Source: Escherichia coli
GTDB taxonomy: Bacteria > Pseudomonadota > Gammaproteobacteria > Enterobacterales > Enterobacteriaceae
Strand: one strand, 5' to 3'
Assembly: GCF_003334385.1 (NCBI RefSeq)
Contig: NZ_QOWN01000005.1
DNA length: 64,000 bases
Under the pieces are notes generated by a model. That model did no database searches. It was given only the letters and a program-made list of their open reading frames with translations, and was not told the origin of the DNA. The position numbers and the translations under genes are program-made. Below, in pieces: positions 40,082 through 53,130 of the stretch (its first letter is position 1; every line of letters starts with the position of its first letter).

Positions 40082-41239
40082 CTACCGCTCTTCATCCAGT
40101 TGTAACGCCACATACAGCAGCAACCTGTCATCAAAATTGCCCAAATCAAGCCCGGTCAGTTCCGATATACGATTAAGCCGATACTCCAGGGTATTACGAT
40201 GAATAAACAACGCCTTTGACGTTGCCAGCGGTTGCACATTGTGGCGAAACCACGCCGCCAGCGTTCGTCGCAGCAAGCCGTTATTGTCCATCGTTTTCAG
40301 CCGCGCCAGCGGTCGCGCCAGTTCGTTGGCCTGCCAGTCGCCACGCAAACTGTCGAGTAACACAGGTAACATCAGATCCTGATAAAAATAGCAGCGACTT
40401 TCTGGCATCCGCTGTTTACCCACCACCATCGTCGTTTTCGCCGTACGATAGGATCGGGCAATACTGCCAGGACCGGTAAAATAGTTGCCCAGTGAAACGC
40501 GAAAACGCAGCTGGCCGTACTCTTTCATGCGGGTAATCAGTTGTTCAACTCGCTTACGATGATCTTCTGCATCCCAGCGCCCAAAAGAGTTCAACGCCGG
40601 TTTCAACACCACCATTTCGGTTAGCGAGACAATCGCCACCAGATTATTACGCTCGGGCGTAGTCAGCGCGTTTTGCAGTTGTTGTAACTCCGCCATTGCG
40701 CTGTCCACGCCAAGCTGACCGCTGTCGACCTCAACAATAGCCACCACTCGCGGTTGATTGAGATCGATCCCCAGCCGTTGCGCCCATTCAGTAAGTGCGG
40801 GAGTATTCTCCTCTGCCTGAATCAGGTTCATCACCAGTTCTTCCCGCAAACGGCTATCCTGCGCCAACAAGTGCATCAACCGCGACTGTTCCAGCATCAT
40901 TTCAGCCGTCATGCAGACCAGTTCGCCATATTTACGCAGATTCTCTGGTTCACCTGTCAGGCCAATTACGCCGACAATTTCACCTTCCAGCCGTAACGGT
41001 AGATTAATCCCCTGCCGCACACCGTGCAGATGACGTGCTACCGCGTCATCGATATCGACGACTCGTCCCTGTGAAAGTACCAGCAATGCACCTTCGTGCA
41101 ATTCACCAATACGCTCACGATCGCCGCTGCCGATAATTCGCCCACGGGCATCCATTACGTTGATATTGGTATCGATGATGCGCATGGTACGTGCCACGAT
41201 ATCCTGCGCCATTTTGGTATCAAGATGCCAGCCAGCCAT
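40082..41239 (-). CDS. cdaR: carbohydrate diacid regulator CdaR (SdaR)
   Basis: Recognised as CdaR (385 aa from MAGWHLDTKMAQDIVARTMRIIDTNINVMDARGRI). The track ORF extends 6 codons upstream; ATG at 41239 verified. Confidence 0.92.
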   Translation of the reverse strand: MAGWHLDTKMAQDIVARTMRIIDTNINVMDARGRIIGSGDRERIGELHEGALLVLSQGRVVDIDDAVARHLHGVRQGINLPLRLEGEIVGVIGLTGEPENLRKYGELVCMTAEMMLEQSRLMHLLAQDSRLREELVMNLIQAEENTPALTEWAQRLGIDLNQPRVVAIVEVDSGQLGVDSAMAELQQLQNALTTPERNNLVAIVSLTEMVVLKPALNSFGRWDAEDHRKRVEQLITRMKEYGQLRFRVSLGNYFTGPGSIARSYRTAKTTMVVGKQRMPESRCYFYQDLMLPVLLDSLRGDWQANELARPLARLKTMDNNGLLRRTLAAWFRHNVQPLATSKALFIHRNTLEYRLNRISELTGLDLGNFDDRLLLYVALQLDEER

Positions 41240-41357
41240 AAGTCCTCCGTTATGCACGGCTTAGCATAAGGAAGTACGTAACGTACGGCATTGTGCAAAT
41301 GCCTAAAGGATGATGAAGATGTATGGAGTTGTGGTGAAGTTCACAGATTGTAAGGAG

Positions 41358-41385
41358 AACCCCTTCCCGTTTTCAGGAAGGGGTT
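41358..41385 (-). terminator. hairpin downstream of degP (probable terminator)
   Basis: 10-bp stem AACCCCTTCC-(8 nt)-GGAAGGGGTT just past the degP stop; the flanking U-tract is weak. Confidence 0.5.
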
Positions 41386-41393
41386 GAGGGAGA

Positions 41394-42818
41394 TTACTGC
41401 ATTAACAGGTAGATGGTGCTGTCGCCGCGCTGAATGTTGAGTGCCAGCACAGACGGTTTGCTGTCGAGAACTTTACGCAGTTCAGCGATATTTTTCACTG
41501 CCTGCTGGTTCGCGCCAATAATCACATCACCTTTCTTCAGGCCGATCTGCGCAGCCGGAGTGCCCGTTTTCACGTTGTTCACTACCACGCCCTGATCTTT
41601 GCCTTTGTTGCTCATCTCAGCGCCTTCAATGCCGTTGAAGATGGAGCTGGAATCAACCTGATTCTGGCTGCTCTGCTGCAGTTCCAGGTTCACGTTAACC
41701 TGCTTACCGTCGCGCAGTAAGCCCAGGGTCAGTTTGCTGCCTACCGGCATAGTACCCACCTGAGCACGCAGTGCGGCAAAGCTGCTGATCGGCTTACCGT
41801 TCAGTGAGGTGATCACATCACCCGCTTTAATGCCCGCTTTTGCAGCGGAGGAATTAGGCAGAACCTGGCTTACGAAAGCACCGCGCTGGGCGTCAACTTT
41901 CATCGCTTTCGCCAGTTCGGAGTTCAGCTCAGTCCCCATAATACCCAGCTCACCGCGTTTCACCTGGCCGTATTCCACCATCTGCGAGGTCAGGTTTTTC
42001 ACCATGTTACTCGGGATAGCAAAACCGATACCGATGTTGCCGCCGTCCGGTGCGAGGATCGCGGTGTTGATACCGATCAGTTCGCCGTTCAGGTTAACCA
42101 GCGCACCACCGGAGTTACCACGGTTGATCGCTGCATCGGTCTGGATGAAGTTTTCGTAGTTTTCGGCATTCAGGCCGCTACGCCCCAGCGCAGAGACAAT
42201 CCCGGAAGTTACCGTCTCGCCCAGACCAAACGGGTTACCAATCGCTACGGTGTAATCACCCACGCGCAGTGCATCAGAATCCGCCATCTTAATTGCGGTC
42301 AGGTTTTTCGGGTTCTGGATTTGGATCAGCGCGATATCAGAGCGCGGATCTTTGCCAACCATCTTCGCGTCGAACTTACGGCCATCGCTCAGTTGAACTT
42401 TAATGACCGTCGCGTTATCAACAACGTGGTTGTTGGTGACGACATAGCCTTTATCGGCATCAATGATGACGCCGGAACCCAGCGCCATGAATTTCTGTTG
42501 CTGGCCGCCACCATTACCGCCCTGGCCACCCTGGCAGAACGGAGAGCTCTGGAACGGAGAACCTTCCTGGCAGAACGGAGAATCATCACCGAAGAACTGC
42601 TGGAAATTACGCGGCATACGCGGCGTATTAACGGTTGTGCTACCTTCTACGTTAATGCTGACCACTGAAGGCATCACCTTTTCGAGCATCGGTGCAAGGC
42701 TTGGCATCTGCTGGGCTGTCGTTGCTGAAGAAGTCTCAGCCGCCGTTGCAGAGAGCGGAGATAACGCCAAACCTAAACTCAGAGCCAGTGCACTCAGTGC
42801 TAATGTGGTTTTTTTCAT
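41394..42818 (-). CDS. degP: periplasmic serine endoprotease / chaperone DegP (HtrA)
   Basis: 474-aa ORF with signal peptide, trypsin-like domain (GNSGGAL) and two PDZ regions; recognised as DegP. ATG verified. Confidence 0.97.
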   Translation of the reverse strand: MKKTTLALSALALSLGLALSPLSATAAETSSATTAQQMPSLAPMLEKVMPSVVSINVEGSTTVNTPRMPRNFQQFFGDDSPFCQEGSPFQSSPFCQGGQGGNGGGQQQKFMALGSGVIIDADKGYVVTNNHVVDNATVIKVQLSDGRKFDAKMVGKDPRSDIALIQIQNPKNLTAIKMADSDALRVGDYTVAIGNPFGLGETVTSGIVSALGRSGLNAENYENFIQTDAAINRGNSGGALVNLNGELIGINTAILAPDGGNIGIGFAIPSNMVKNLTSQMVEYGQVKRGELGIMGTELNSELAKAMKVDAQRGAFVSQVLPNSSAAKAGIKAGDVITSLNGKPISSFAALRAQVGTMPVGSKLTLGLLRDGKQVNVNLELQQSSQNQVDSSSIFNGIEGAEMSNKGKDQGVVVNNVKTGTPAAQIGLKKGDVIIGANQQAVKNIAELRKVLDSKPSVLALNIQRGDSTIYLLMQ

Positions 42819-42863
42819 GTATTTCAGTCTCGATTAACAGATAACGCAAAATTGCTGTGTTCT

Positions 42864-42891
42864 TCAGATTCGTTTTATAGCCTGAAGTTCC
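42864..42891 (-). promoter_or_regulatory. sigma-E-type promoter of degP (-35 GGAACTT, -10 TCTGA on the minus strand)
   Basis: Minus-strand CGGAACTTCAGGCTATAAAACGAATCTGAAG about 45 nt upstream of the degP ATG matches the sigma-E consensus GGAACTT-N16-TCTGA. CpxR sites probably lie further upstream (42895-42945) but were not resolved. Confidence 0.7.
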
Positions 42892-42947
42892 GAACTAAAG
42901 TTTCTGCAAAAGGTAAAAATTTATTGTTCGTCTTTACAAAAGCCTGG

Positions 42948-44465
42948 TTATTGTTCTACGGCCATCAGACGTCGGTATTCATCCCACGCATAGAGGTCGG
43001 TCATACCGCTGATATAATCCTGCAGCAGGCGGCAACGGTAATAATATTCCCATAGCGGAAACTCAGGAGAATCTGACGGTAATTTACTGACAGCCTCGAC
43101 ATAGGCCAGCCGATGGCGCGTCGAGAGTTTGTGGAATAAGCGCGATTCAATAGGGAAACGTTTCACCCGTTCTTTTTCTACCAGTTCAGTAAAGTCTGAT
43201 AACGACAGGCTTAATAAAGGACGATAAATCTCTAATAATCCGCTAATGACCCGATAGCCCTGCAATTCAAGCTGCTCGACATCTGGATGGCTAAACACAT
43301 GTTTTACAGCGACATTTTTATATAGCTTAAGAAGATCGCTGCATTCGCTGGCATCTTCCAATAATGCATGATTAAACGTTCCGGCGAAAATCGCAGGCAG
43401 ATTATCAATAAATCGTTGTGCCGCGTAGGGTACCAGTTTATTTAGGGTGTTTACCCGTAAATACATAAAAAACTGATCTTCCGTACTGCGGCTTAAACTA
43501 TTTGAGCGTGATTTTTCCCAGGCATTTTCAACCACCAGCGAAAAGAGCGAACCTTTCTCATGCTGGCCCCACGCTTCGTGCAAATGATGATAAAGCTGCT
43601 CAACGGTAAATATTCTTTTCTCTACCGCATCTTCAAGGTCTGCCACACAATAGGAGATGTCGTCGGCAGCTTCCATAATCCACGTTAATGGAAAACGACT
43701 GTAAAGCGCCAAATTAAGTTCTTTACGCAACCGGGCAATATAGGCTTCTTCAGAAAGATAATAACCCGGCTTTTTCATTAAATAGTGATGTGTCTCAGGC
43801 GTTTCGCCACGCCACCACGCCGGACGGGTATATTTTAAAATACCGCCAACCTGTGCCCAGGTGAGATTCATCCGCATCAATGTATGCACCAGGCGAATGC
43901 CTTGTGCATTCCCCTCAAAATGACATAAGTCCTGACGAATCTTGCGCCGCAGCTCGTTAAGCGGTTCTTCCCCGTCCCGTAAACGTAGTGCCGCCACGCT
44001 GCAGCGATCGTCAGTCAGAGGCTGGCTTTCGGCATCTTCCGGGTGCAAACGTTGGCGAAACCAGTCATTTATCGCCGCTTCGCCAAAATGACCAAACGGC
44101 GGATTGCCGATATCGTGCATCAGGCATGACATCTCAACAATGCTTTCAAAGGGACCGGTCAGTTCATCCAGGCCGTATGCTTCCAGTAATTTAAGCTCTT
44201 TCAGACGGCTTAAAATTTCTTTGGCGATGTAGCGCCCCACCTGCTGGACTTCCATCGAGTGGGTAAGACGCGTGCGCACGGCGGCATTGCGCTCCAGTGG
44301 AAAAACCTGGGTCTTTTGTTGCAGACGACGAATTGCCGGAGAGTTGATGATACGCCCGCGATCGCTCTCGAAGATCCGCAGGATCTCATGTTCGGTTTTA
44401 ACGCCCTGCGGTGAACGGTAACGACGATGCCAGTTTATTTTTTTTCGGAAATCAATCTGTGCCAT
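42948..44465 (-). CDS. dgt: deoxyguanosinetriphosphate triphosphohydrolase
   Basis: 505-aa HD-domain ORF starting [32 protein letters not shown]; recognised as Dgt. Confidence 0.96.
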
Positions 44466-44548
44466 GTCCTCTCCCGCGTGAGAAATACGCTTCCCCGTAA
44501 GCGCATGGTAAACTATGCCTTCAAATCGGGCTTATCGCGAGTAAATCT

Positions 44549-45247
44549 ATGAAAATCGGCATCATTGGTGCAATGGAAGAAGAAGTTACGCTGCTGCGTG
44601 ACAAAATCGAAAACCGTCAAACTATCAGTCTCGGCGGTTGCGAAATCTATACCGGCCAACTGAATGGAACCGAGGTTGCGCTTCTGAAATCGGGCATCGG
44701 TAAAGTCGCTGCGGCGCTGGGTGCCACTTTGCTGTTGGAACACTGCAAGCCAGATGTGATTATTAACACCGGTTCTGCCGGTGGCCTGGCACCAACGTTG
44801 AAAGTGGGCGATATCGTTGTCTCGGACGAAGCACGTTATCACGACGCGGATGTCACGGCATTTGGTTATGAATACGGTCAGTTACCAGGCTGTCCGGCAG
44901 GCTTTAAAGCTGACGATAAACTGATCGCTGCCGCTGAGGCCTGCATTGCCGAACTGAATCTTAACGCTGTACGTGGCCTGATTGTTAGCGGCGACGCTTT
45001 CATCAACGGTTCTGTTGGTCTGGCGAAAATCCGCCACAACTTCCCACAGGCCATTGCTGTAGAGATGGAAGCGACGGCAATCGCCCATGTCTGCCACAAT
45101 TTCAACGTCCCGTTTGTTGTCGTACGCGCCATCTCCGACGTGGCCGATCAACAGTCTCATCTTAGCTTCGATGAGTTCCTGGCTGTTGCCGCTAAACAGT
45201 CCAGCCTGATGGTTGAGTCACTGGTGCAGAAACTTGCACATGGCTAA
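44549..45247 (+). CDS. mtnN: 5'-methylthioadenosine / S-adenosylhomocysteine nucleosidase
   Basis: 232-aa ORF starting [36 protein letters not shown]; recognised as MtnN/Pfs. Confidence 0.96.
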   Translation: MKIGIIGAMEEEVTLLRDKIENRQTISLGGCEIYTGQLNGTEVALLKSGIGKVAAALGATLLLEHCKPDVIINTGSAGGLAPTLKVGDIVVSDEARYHDADVTAFGYEYGQLPGCPAGFKADDKLIAAAEACIAELNLNAVRGLIVSGDAFINGSVGLAKIRHNFPQAIAVEMEATAIAHVCHNFNVPFVVVRAISDVADQQSHLSFDEFLAVAAKQSSLMVESLVQKLAHG

Positions 45248-46040
45248 GTCACTGTTCAGGGCGCTGGTCGCCCTGTCTTTTCTTGCGCCACTGTGGCTCA
45301 ACGCCGCGCCGCGCGTCATCACGCTTTCTCCCGCCAACACTGAACTTGCCTTTGCCGCCGGGATCACGCCGGTTGGGGTCAGCAGCTATTCCGACTATCC
45401 TCCACAAGCGCAAAAGATTGAGCAGGTTTCCACCTGGCAGGGGATGAATCTGGAACGCATTGTCGCGCTGAAACCCGATCTGGTGATTGCCTGGCGTGGA
45501 GGTAATGCCGAGCGGCAGGTTGACCAGCTGGCTTCGCTGGGAATAAAAGTGATGTGGGTCGATGCGACAAGCATTGAACAAATTGCCAATGCGTTACGTC
45601 AACTGGCCCCCTGGAGTCCGCAACCAGACAAGGCCGAACAAGCCGCGCAATCCCTGCTGGATCAGTACGCGCAATTGAAAGCGCAATATGCTGATAAACC
45701 TAAAAAACGTGTTTTTCTGCAATTCGGCATTAATCCGCCATTTACCAGTGGAAAAGAGTCGATTCAGAACCAGGTACTCGAAGTTTGTGGCGGAGAAAAC
45801 ATCTTTAAAGACAGCCGGGTTCCCTGGCCGCAAGTTAGCCGCGAACAGGTGTTAGCACGCTCGCCACAGGCGATTGTCATTACAGGCGGACCGGACCAAA
45901 TTCCTAAAATCAAACAATACTGGGGTGAACAGCTCAAAATTCCCGTTATTCCTCTCACGAGTGACTGGTTTGAACGTGCAAGCCCACGTATTATCCTCGC
46001 TGCACAACAGCTCTGTAATGCGCTTTCACAGGTAGATTAG
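45240..46040 (+). CDS. btuF: vitamin B12-binding periplasmic protein BtuF
   Basis: Recognised as BtuF (266 aa from [31 protein letters not shown]). The track ORF starts 9 codons earlier; the ATG at 45240 overlaps the mtnN stop by 8 nt. Confidence 0.92.
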   Translation: MAKSLFRALVALSFLAPLWLNAAPRVITLSPANTELAFAAGITPVGVSSYSDYPPQAQKIEQVSTWQGMNLERIVALKPDLVIAWRGGNAERQVDQLASLGIKVMWVDATSIEQIANALRQLAPWSPQPDKAEQAAQSLLDQYAQLKAQYADKPKKRVFLQFGINPPFTSGKESIQNQVLEVCGGENIFKDSRVPWPQVSREQVLARSPQAIVITGGPDQIPKIKQYWGEQLKIPVIPLTSDWFERASPRIILAAQQLCNALSQVD

Positions 46041-46077
46041 CGCCTGACCTTTTCAGGTGCTCAGTGGGGATTGAACA

Positions 46078-46701
46078 ATGCTCGTCTATTGGCTGGATAT
46101 AGTCGGCACAGCGGTATTTGCCATCTCCGGCGTTTTGTTAGCCGGAAAATTGCGTATGGACCCTTTTGGTGTTCTGGTACTGGGCGTGGTAACCGCAGTA
46201 GGCGGCGGGACAATTCGCGACATGGCGCTGGATCACGGCCCGGTATTTTGGGTGAAAGATCCCACCGATCTGGTCGTTGCAATGGTCACCAGCATGCTGA
46301 CCATCGTGCTGGTGCGCCAGCCAAGACGCTTACCAAAATGGATGTTGCCGGTGCTGGACGCCGTTGGTCTGGCGGTGTTTGTCGGCATTGGCGTGAATAA
46401 AGCCTTTAATGCGGAAGCCGGTCCGTTAATCGCGGTTTGTATGGGCGTCATTACTGGCGTTGGCGGCGGGATCATTCGTGATGTTCTGGCCCGCGAAATC
46501 CCCATGATTTTACGTACAGAAATCTACGCAACTGCCTGTATTATCGGCGGTATTGTCCACGCTACGGCTTATTACACATTTTCCGTACCACTGGAAACAG
46601 CCAGTATGATGGGCATGGTCGTGACGCTATTGATTCGGCTGGCGGCTATTCGTTGGCATCTTAAGCTACCGACGTTTGCGCTGGATGAGAATGGGCGTTG
46701 A
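46078..46701 (+). CDS. yadS: UPF0126 inner membrane protein YadS
   Basis: 207-aa hydrophobic ORF with duplicated glycine-rich motifs (VGGGTIRD, VGGGIIRD); recognised as YadS. Confidence 0.92.
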   Translation: MLVYWLDIVGTAVFAISGVLLAGKLRMDPFGVLVLGVVTAVGGGTIRDMALDHGPVFWVKDPTDLVVAMVTSMLTIVLVRQPRRLPKWMLPVLDAVGLAVFVGIGVNKAFNAEAGPLIAVCMGVITGVGGGIIRDVLAREIPMILRTEIYATACIIGGIVHATAYYTFSVPLETASMMGMVVTLLIRLAAIRWHLKLPTFALDENGR

Positions 46702-46712
46702 AGAGAGAAGAT

Positions 46713-46735
46713 GTGCCGGATAGTTTATCCGGCAC
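46713..46735. terminator. hairpin between convergent yadS and erpA (possible bidirectional terminator)
   Basis: GTGCCGGA-TAGTTTA-TCCGGCAC, an 8-bp perfect stem; flanks are not strongly T-rich. Confidence 0.45.
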
Positions 46736-46747
46736 ATGAACAACAGA

Positions 46748-47092
46748 TTAGATACTAAAGGAAGAACCGCAACCGCAGGTGCTTTTCGCGTTCGGGTTGG
46801 TCACGATGAAACGAGAACCTTCCAGACCTTCGGTATAATCAACGGAACCGCCGACCAGATATTGCAGGCTCATCGGATCAACCACCAGGCCAACGCCCTG
46901 TTTTTCGATGGTCATATCGCCTTCGTTCACCTGATCATCAAAGGTGAAACCATACTGGAAGCCGCTGCAACCGCCACCGGTGATATACACGCGTAATTTC
47001 AGATTCGGGTTATCTTCGTCAGCGATCAGGCTTTTAACTTTGTTGGCTGCTGCGTCGGTAAACTCCAGCGGCAGTGCTACGTCATCACTCAT
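46748..47092 (-). CDS. erpA: iron-sulfur cluster insertion protein ErpA
   Basis: Recognised as ErpA (114 aa from [23 protein letters not shown]-terminal CGCGSSF). The track ORF extends 11 codons upstream; ATG at 47092 verified. Confidence 0.93.
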
Positions 47093-47173
47093 ATTTTGCT
47101 CCAAACGACATCGGCAATTGGGCAAATTCTAACCCAATAATAATCGCCATTATCTAATACCCTGGTATTTCGT

Positions 47174-48613
<1,440 letters not shown>

Positions 48614-48819
48614 TCATACAAATAAGATGACGGCATTTTACTCGCACGTTCCATGAAAATCCTTTGCAAAGCGTAATGTTTCAAATGCACAAAACTTTTA
48701 TACTCTAAGAAATCAGGATTGCACCAGTACAAGCAGCCTGATGTTTGACGAGTATTTAACTTGTTATGAATAACATAGAATAGCAGCCATTCACTTTTTC
48801 TACGAATCAGGAACCCTCC

Positions 48820-50100
48820 ATGAGTAAGTCTGAAAATCTTTACAGCGCAGCGCGCGAGCTGATCCCTGGCGGTGTGAACTCCCCTGTTCGCGCCTTTACT
48901 GGCGTGGGCGGCACTCCACTGTTTATCGAAAAAGCGGACGGCGCTTATCTGTACGATGTTGATGGCAAAGCCTATATCGATTATGTCGGTTCCTGGGGGC
49001 CGATGGTGCTGGGCCATAACCATCCGGCAATCCGCAATGCCGTGATTGAAGCCGCCGAGCGTGGTTTAAGCTTTGGTGCACCAACCGAAATGGAAGTGAA
49101 AATGGCGCAACTGGTGACCGAACTGGTCCCGACCATGGATATGGTGCGCATGGTGAACTCCGGCACTGAAGCGACCATGAGCGCCATCCGCCTGGCCCGT
49201 GGTTTTACCGGTCGCGACAAAATTATTAAATTTGAAGGGTGTTACCATGGTCACGCTGACTGCCTGCTGGTGAAAGCCGGTTCTGGCGCACTCACGTTAG
49301 GCCAGCCAAACTCGCCGGGCGTTCCGGCAGATTTCGCCAAACATACCTTAACCTGTACTTATAATGATCTGGCTTCTGTACGCGCCGCATTTGAGCAATA
49401 CCCGCAAGAGATTGCCTGTATTATCGTCGAGCCGGTGGCAGGCAATATGAACTGTGTTCCGCCGCTGCCAGAGTTCCTGCCAGGTCTGCGCGCGCTGTGC
49501 GACGAATTTGGCGCGTTGCTGATCATCGATGAAGTGATGACCGGTTTCCGCGTAGCGCTAGCTGGCGCACAGGATTATTACGGCGTAGTGCCAGATTTAA
49601 CCTGCCTCGGCAAAATCATCGGCGGTGGAATGCCGGTAGGCGCATTCGGTGGTCGTCGTGATGTAATGGATGCGCTGGCCCCGACGGGTCCGGTCTATCA
49701 GGCGGGTACGCTTTCCGGTAACCCGATTGCGATGGCAGCGGGTTTCGCCTGTCTGAATGAAGTCGCGCAGCCGGGCGTTCACGAAACGCTGGATGAGCTG
49801 ACAACACGTCTGGCAGAAGGTCTGCTGGAAGCGGCAGAAGAAGCCGGAATTCCGCTGGTCGTTAACCACGTTGGCGGCATGTTCGGTATTTTCTTTACCG
49901 ACGCCGAGTCCGTGACGTGCTATCAGGATGTGATGGCCTGTGACGTGGAACGCTTTAAGCGTTTCTTCCATATGATGCTGGACGAAGGTGTTTACCTGGC
50001 ACCGTCAGCGTTTGAAGCGGGCTTTATGTCCGTGGCGCACAGCATGGAAGATATCAATAACACCATCGATGCTGCACGTCGGGTGTTTGCGAAGTTGTGA
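48820..50100 (+). CDS. hemL: glutamate-1-semialdehyde 2,1-aminomutase
   Basis: 426-aa ORF starting [26 protein letters not shown]; recognised as HemL. ATG verified. Confidence 0.96.
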   Translation: MSKSENLYSAARELIPGGVNSPVRAFTGVGGTPLFIEKADGAYLYDVDGKAYIDYVGSWGPMVLGHNHPAIRNAVIEAAERGLSFGAPTEMEVKMAQLVTELVPTMDMVRMVNSGTEATMSAIRLARGFTGRDKIIKFEGCYHGHADCLLVKAGSGALTLGQPNSPGVPADFAKHTLTCTYNDLASVRAAFEQYPQEIACIIVEPVAGNMNCVPPLPEFLPGLRALCDEFGALLIIDEVMTGFRVALAGAQDYYGVVPDLTCLGKIIGGGMPVGAFGGRRDVMDALAPTGPVYQAGTLSGNPIAMAAGFACLNEVAQPGVHETLDELTTRLAEGLLEAAEEAGIPLVVNHVGGMFGIFFTDAESVTCYQDVMACDVERFKRFFHMMLDEGVYLAPSAFEAGFMSVAHSMEDINNTIDAARRVFAKL

Positions 50101-50109
50101 TCCAGCATG

Positions 50110-50250
<141 letters not shown>

Positions 50251-50257
50251 GGAAAAA

Positions 50258-52240
50258 TTAACGGCTCTGCTTTCTCAACAAATAGATAAAATATGGCGCG
50301 CCGATAAAGGTTGACAGCAGCCCCGCCGGGATCTGGAATGGAAACAGCACCATCCGCCCACACCAGTCAGCGAACACCAGCAGTAAACCACCCACCAGCG
50401 CCGAAATTACGATGTGTGGCATCGTCCGTCGAAAGCCCATCATCCGCGCAATATGCGGTGCCATTAAACCAACAAAACTCAACGGTCCAATAGTCATCGT
50501 CGCGGTCGCCGTCAGGCAAGCCGCTAACAGCAGCAGCGCAATTCGCGTCGGCGTCAGCGCCATTCCTACGGCTCGGGCGGTATCACCACCCAGCGGTAAA
50601 ATGGTCAGCCAGCGGCGGCACAGCGGGGTAATCGCCAGCAAAATCACCATCACAATTCCGGTGCGCCAGACCTGCGCATCGGTCGCGTTGTAGGTCGAAC
50701 CGGAAATCCAGGTCAGCACTTGCGCCATTCGCGGGTCACCACTTGCCTGCAACATCATCAAAAGCATGGTGAACGCGGTGCTTAACGCCATCCCCGCCAG
50801 TAACATACGGTGTGGGGAAAATCCACCGCGGCCGGCGGCGATCATAATGATCAACAGCGTCACCGCCGCGCCGAGACTGCCTGCAGGTAACAGCCAGCCA
50901 AAGGCATTACCCGGCACCAGAAACAGCATCAACACCACGCCAAACGCCGCGCCGGAGCTAATCCCCAGCACTTCCGGGCTTGCCATCGGGTTTCCGGTCA
51001 GTCGCTGAATAATACAGCCCGCCACCGCCAGCATGACGCCCGCAAACAGCGCCGCCATAATTCGCGGCCAGCGCCAGGGCATTAAATCCTCGAGCAACGC
51101 CCCGCTCGCCCACGTCCAGCCGTGCGCATCACGACCAAACGACAGCGCCACCACCACAGCCATCAACAGCAGCACGCCGCCCGCGAGGGCAAACGCCAGC
51201 ACATGTTGGCGTTCAGCCGCGACACGATCGTTGACCTTCATATCCGGCGCGCTAATGCTGCGTAAACGCGGCAACAGCCACAGTAGCAGCGGCGCACCGA
51301 TCAACGCAGTGACCGAACCGGTGGACACTTCCATCCACACGCGAGTCAGCCAGAGGATGATTTGATCGGAAAGCCAGAGGATCAGCGCACCAATCAACGA
51401 CGCCAGCATCAGTCGTGGCAGCAGACGCCGCGCCCCCAGCATTTTTGCCAGCAGCGGCGCGAACAACCCGATAAAGCCGATAATCCCCACAGCGTTCACC
51501 AGCAGCGCACTGATGACAATCGCCAGCGACAGCGCCGCCAGACGCGCAAGCGACAAGGCCAGCCCGAGATTGCGCGCCACGCCATCATCAAGCCCCATCA
51601 GGGTTAACGGACGAAGTAGCAGCAACGTCAGCATCACACCGCCCAGCAGCTGCGGCCATAAACGCTCAACGCCGCCCCAGTCGGTTTGCGTCAGCGTTCC
51701 AGTGCTCCACAGAAACATGCTTTGCAGTTGGTCATGATGGAAGATAACCAGTAACTGATTGATTGCGCCGCAATAAAGGCTCACTACCAACCCCGCGAGA
51801 ATCAGCGTTACCGGCGACAGCCGTTTCCCCCACGCGACGCCAAAGACAATTAAGCCAACAACACAAGCCCCTGCCAGCGCAGCAAACTGGCTCGCCATCG
51901 CACCAGGGATCGCCCAGAGCGTAGTGACGGTAATCCCCAGTTGCGCGCCTGTAGCAACGCCAAGCGTCGTCGGCTCCGCCAGCGGGTTACGCAGCACTTG
52001 CTGAAACAGCACGCCCACCAGCCCCAGACCCGCGCCCACCAGCAGCGAAATCGCCAGACGCGGCAACAAGCTGTAGTGAAAAATCATCTGCTCGATGACG
52101 TCAATATCCGGCGACCAGGCAGCCTGCGCCCACTGGCTACGCGGCAGCGCCTGCGAGAAGTTCATCCAGGTGAGCGCCGTAGCGACAATCACTAACAGCG
52201 CCAGCAATAACGCCGGGAAAAGCGCAATTCGTTTACTCAC
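50258..52240 (-). CDS. fhuB: ferric hydroxamate ABC transporter permease
   Basis: 660-aa duplicated FecCD-type permease starting MSKRIALFPALLLALLVIVATALTWMNF; recognised as FhuB. Confidence 0.96.
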   Translation of the reverse strand: MSKRIALFPALLLALLVIVATALTWMNFSQALPRSQWAQAAWSPDIDVIEQMIFHYSLLPRLAISLLVGAGLGLVGVLFQQVLRNPLAEPTTLGVATGAQLGITVTTLWAIPGAMASQFAALAGACVVGLIVFGVAWGKRLSPVTLILAGLVVSLYCGAINQLLVIFHHDQLQSMFLWSTGTLTQTDWGGVERLWPQLLGGVMLTLLLLRPLTLMGLDDGVARNLGLALSLARLAALSLAIVISALLVNAVGIIGFIGLFAPLLAKMLGARRLLPRLMLASLIGALILWLSDQIILWLTRVWMEVSTGSVTALIGAPLLLWLLPRLRSISAPDMKVNDRVAAERQHVLAFALAGGVLLLMAVVVALSFGRDAHGWTWASGALLEDLMPWRWPRIMAALFAGVMLAVAGCIIQRLTGNPMASPEVLGISSGAAFGVVLMLFLVPGNAFGWLLPAGSLGAAVTLLIIMIAAGRGGFSPHRMLLAGMALSTAFTMLLMMLQASGDPRMAQVLTWISGSTYNATDAQVWRTGIVMVILLAITPLCRRWLTILPLGGDTARAVGMALTPTRIALLLLAACLTATATMTIGPLSFVGLMAPHIARMMGFRRTMPHIVISALVGGLLLVFADWCGRMVLFPFQIPAGLLSTFIGAPYFIYLLRKQSR

Positions 52241-53130
52241 GCTTTACCTCCGATGGCGTTATCCAGAACGCGCACAAAGTGCATTGCCGAGAGCGTCGCA
52301 CCATAAAACCAGACTGCAGGTACGCGCTGAAAGCGTCCGGCGCGGACAAACGGCATGGCCTGCCACAGCGGCGTTGCCATTAGCGCATCCATGTCTTTGC
52401 TGTTGTCGTGATCAAAATAGAGCACATCAACGTCTTTATACGCCGCCAGACGATCGATACTGACGGCGGTACTGCCCCAGAAGTTGGTTTCCCCTTGCCA
52501 GGCATTTGGGATGCCGTACTCATCAAGAATTTCCTGGAACAAGCTGTTTGGACCGAAGACCAGCATATGGCGCGGATCGATAAGCGTCGTCAGCAATAAC
52601 GGACGCGCACCACGCTTCACAAAGCGGGGTTTCATGCTGCGGATAAAGTCTTCATATTGCACTAAATGCGTTTCCGCTGCGCTTTGCAGGTTAAGTAAAT
52701 CTGCCATTTCCGTCAGCGATTTACGCGCCATCGCCAACGGCTGTTTGCCGTCACTGAAGTTAAATCCGCGACCCGGCGCAATACGAGCCAGCATTTCTGG
52801 TGAAGGGCCATATCCTGCCGACCAGACCATAAACGATGGTTTCATTTCGGTCAGCAGTTCAAGGTTAGGTTCTGTGCGCAAACCGACGTCGATCACTGAG
52901 TCCGGCAATGGTGGTTCGCTGACCCACAGGCGATAGTTGATGGTATCCGCCACGCCGTAAGGCACGATGCCGAGCGCCAGCAGTAATTCCACCGGCAACC
53001 ACTCCAGCGCCACAATACGATTGGGATCAATAGCCGCCGCGTGGGCGGTATTCATCTGCCATAACAACGGAGAAAGCGCCATCGCCGTTAACAGTCGACG
53101 GCGCGAAATAAGAGGTAAGCCGCTCATCAA
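52237..53130 (-). CDS. fhuD: ferric hydroxamate periplasmic binding protein
   Basis: 297-aa ORF starting MMSGLPLISRRRLLTAMALSPLLWQMNTAHAAAIDP; recognised as FhuD. Overlaps fhuB by 4 nt. Confidence 0.95.
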   Translation of the reverse strand: MMSGLPLISRRRLLTAMALSPLLWQMNTAHAAAIDPNRIVALEWLPVELLLALGIVPYGVADTINYRLWVSEPPLPDSVIDVGLRTEPNLELLTEMKPSFMVWSAGYGPSPEMLARIAPGRGFNFSDGKQPLAMARKSLTEMADLLNLQSAAETHLVQYEDFIRSMKPRFVKRGARPLLLTTLIDPRHMLVFGPNSLFQEILDEYGIPNAWQGETNFWGSTAVSIDRLAAYKDVDVLYFDHDNSKDMDALMATPLWQAMPFVRAGRFQRVPAVWFYGATLSAMHFVRVLDNAIGGKA

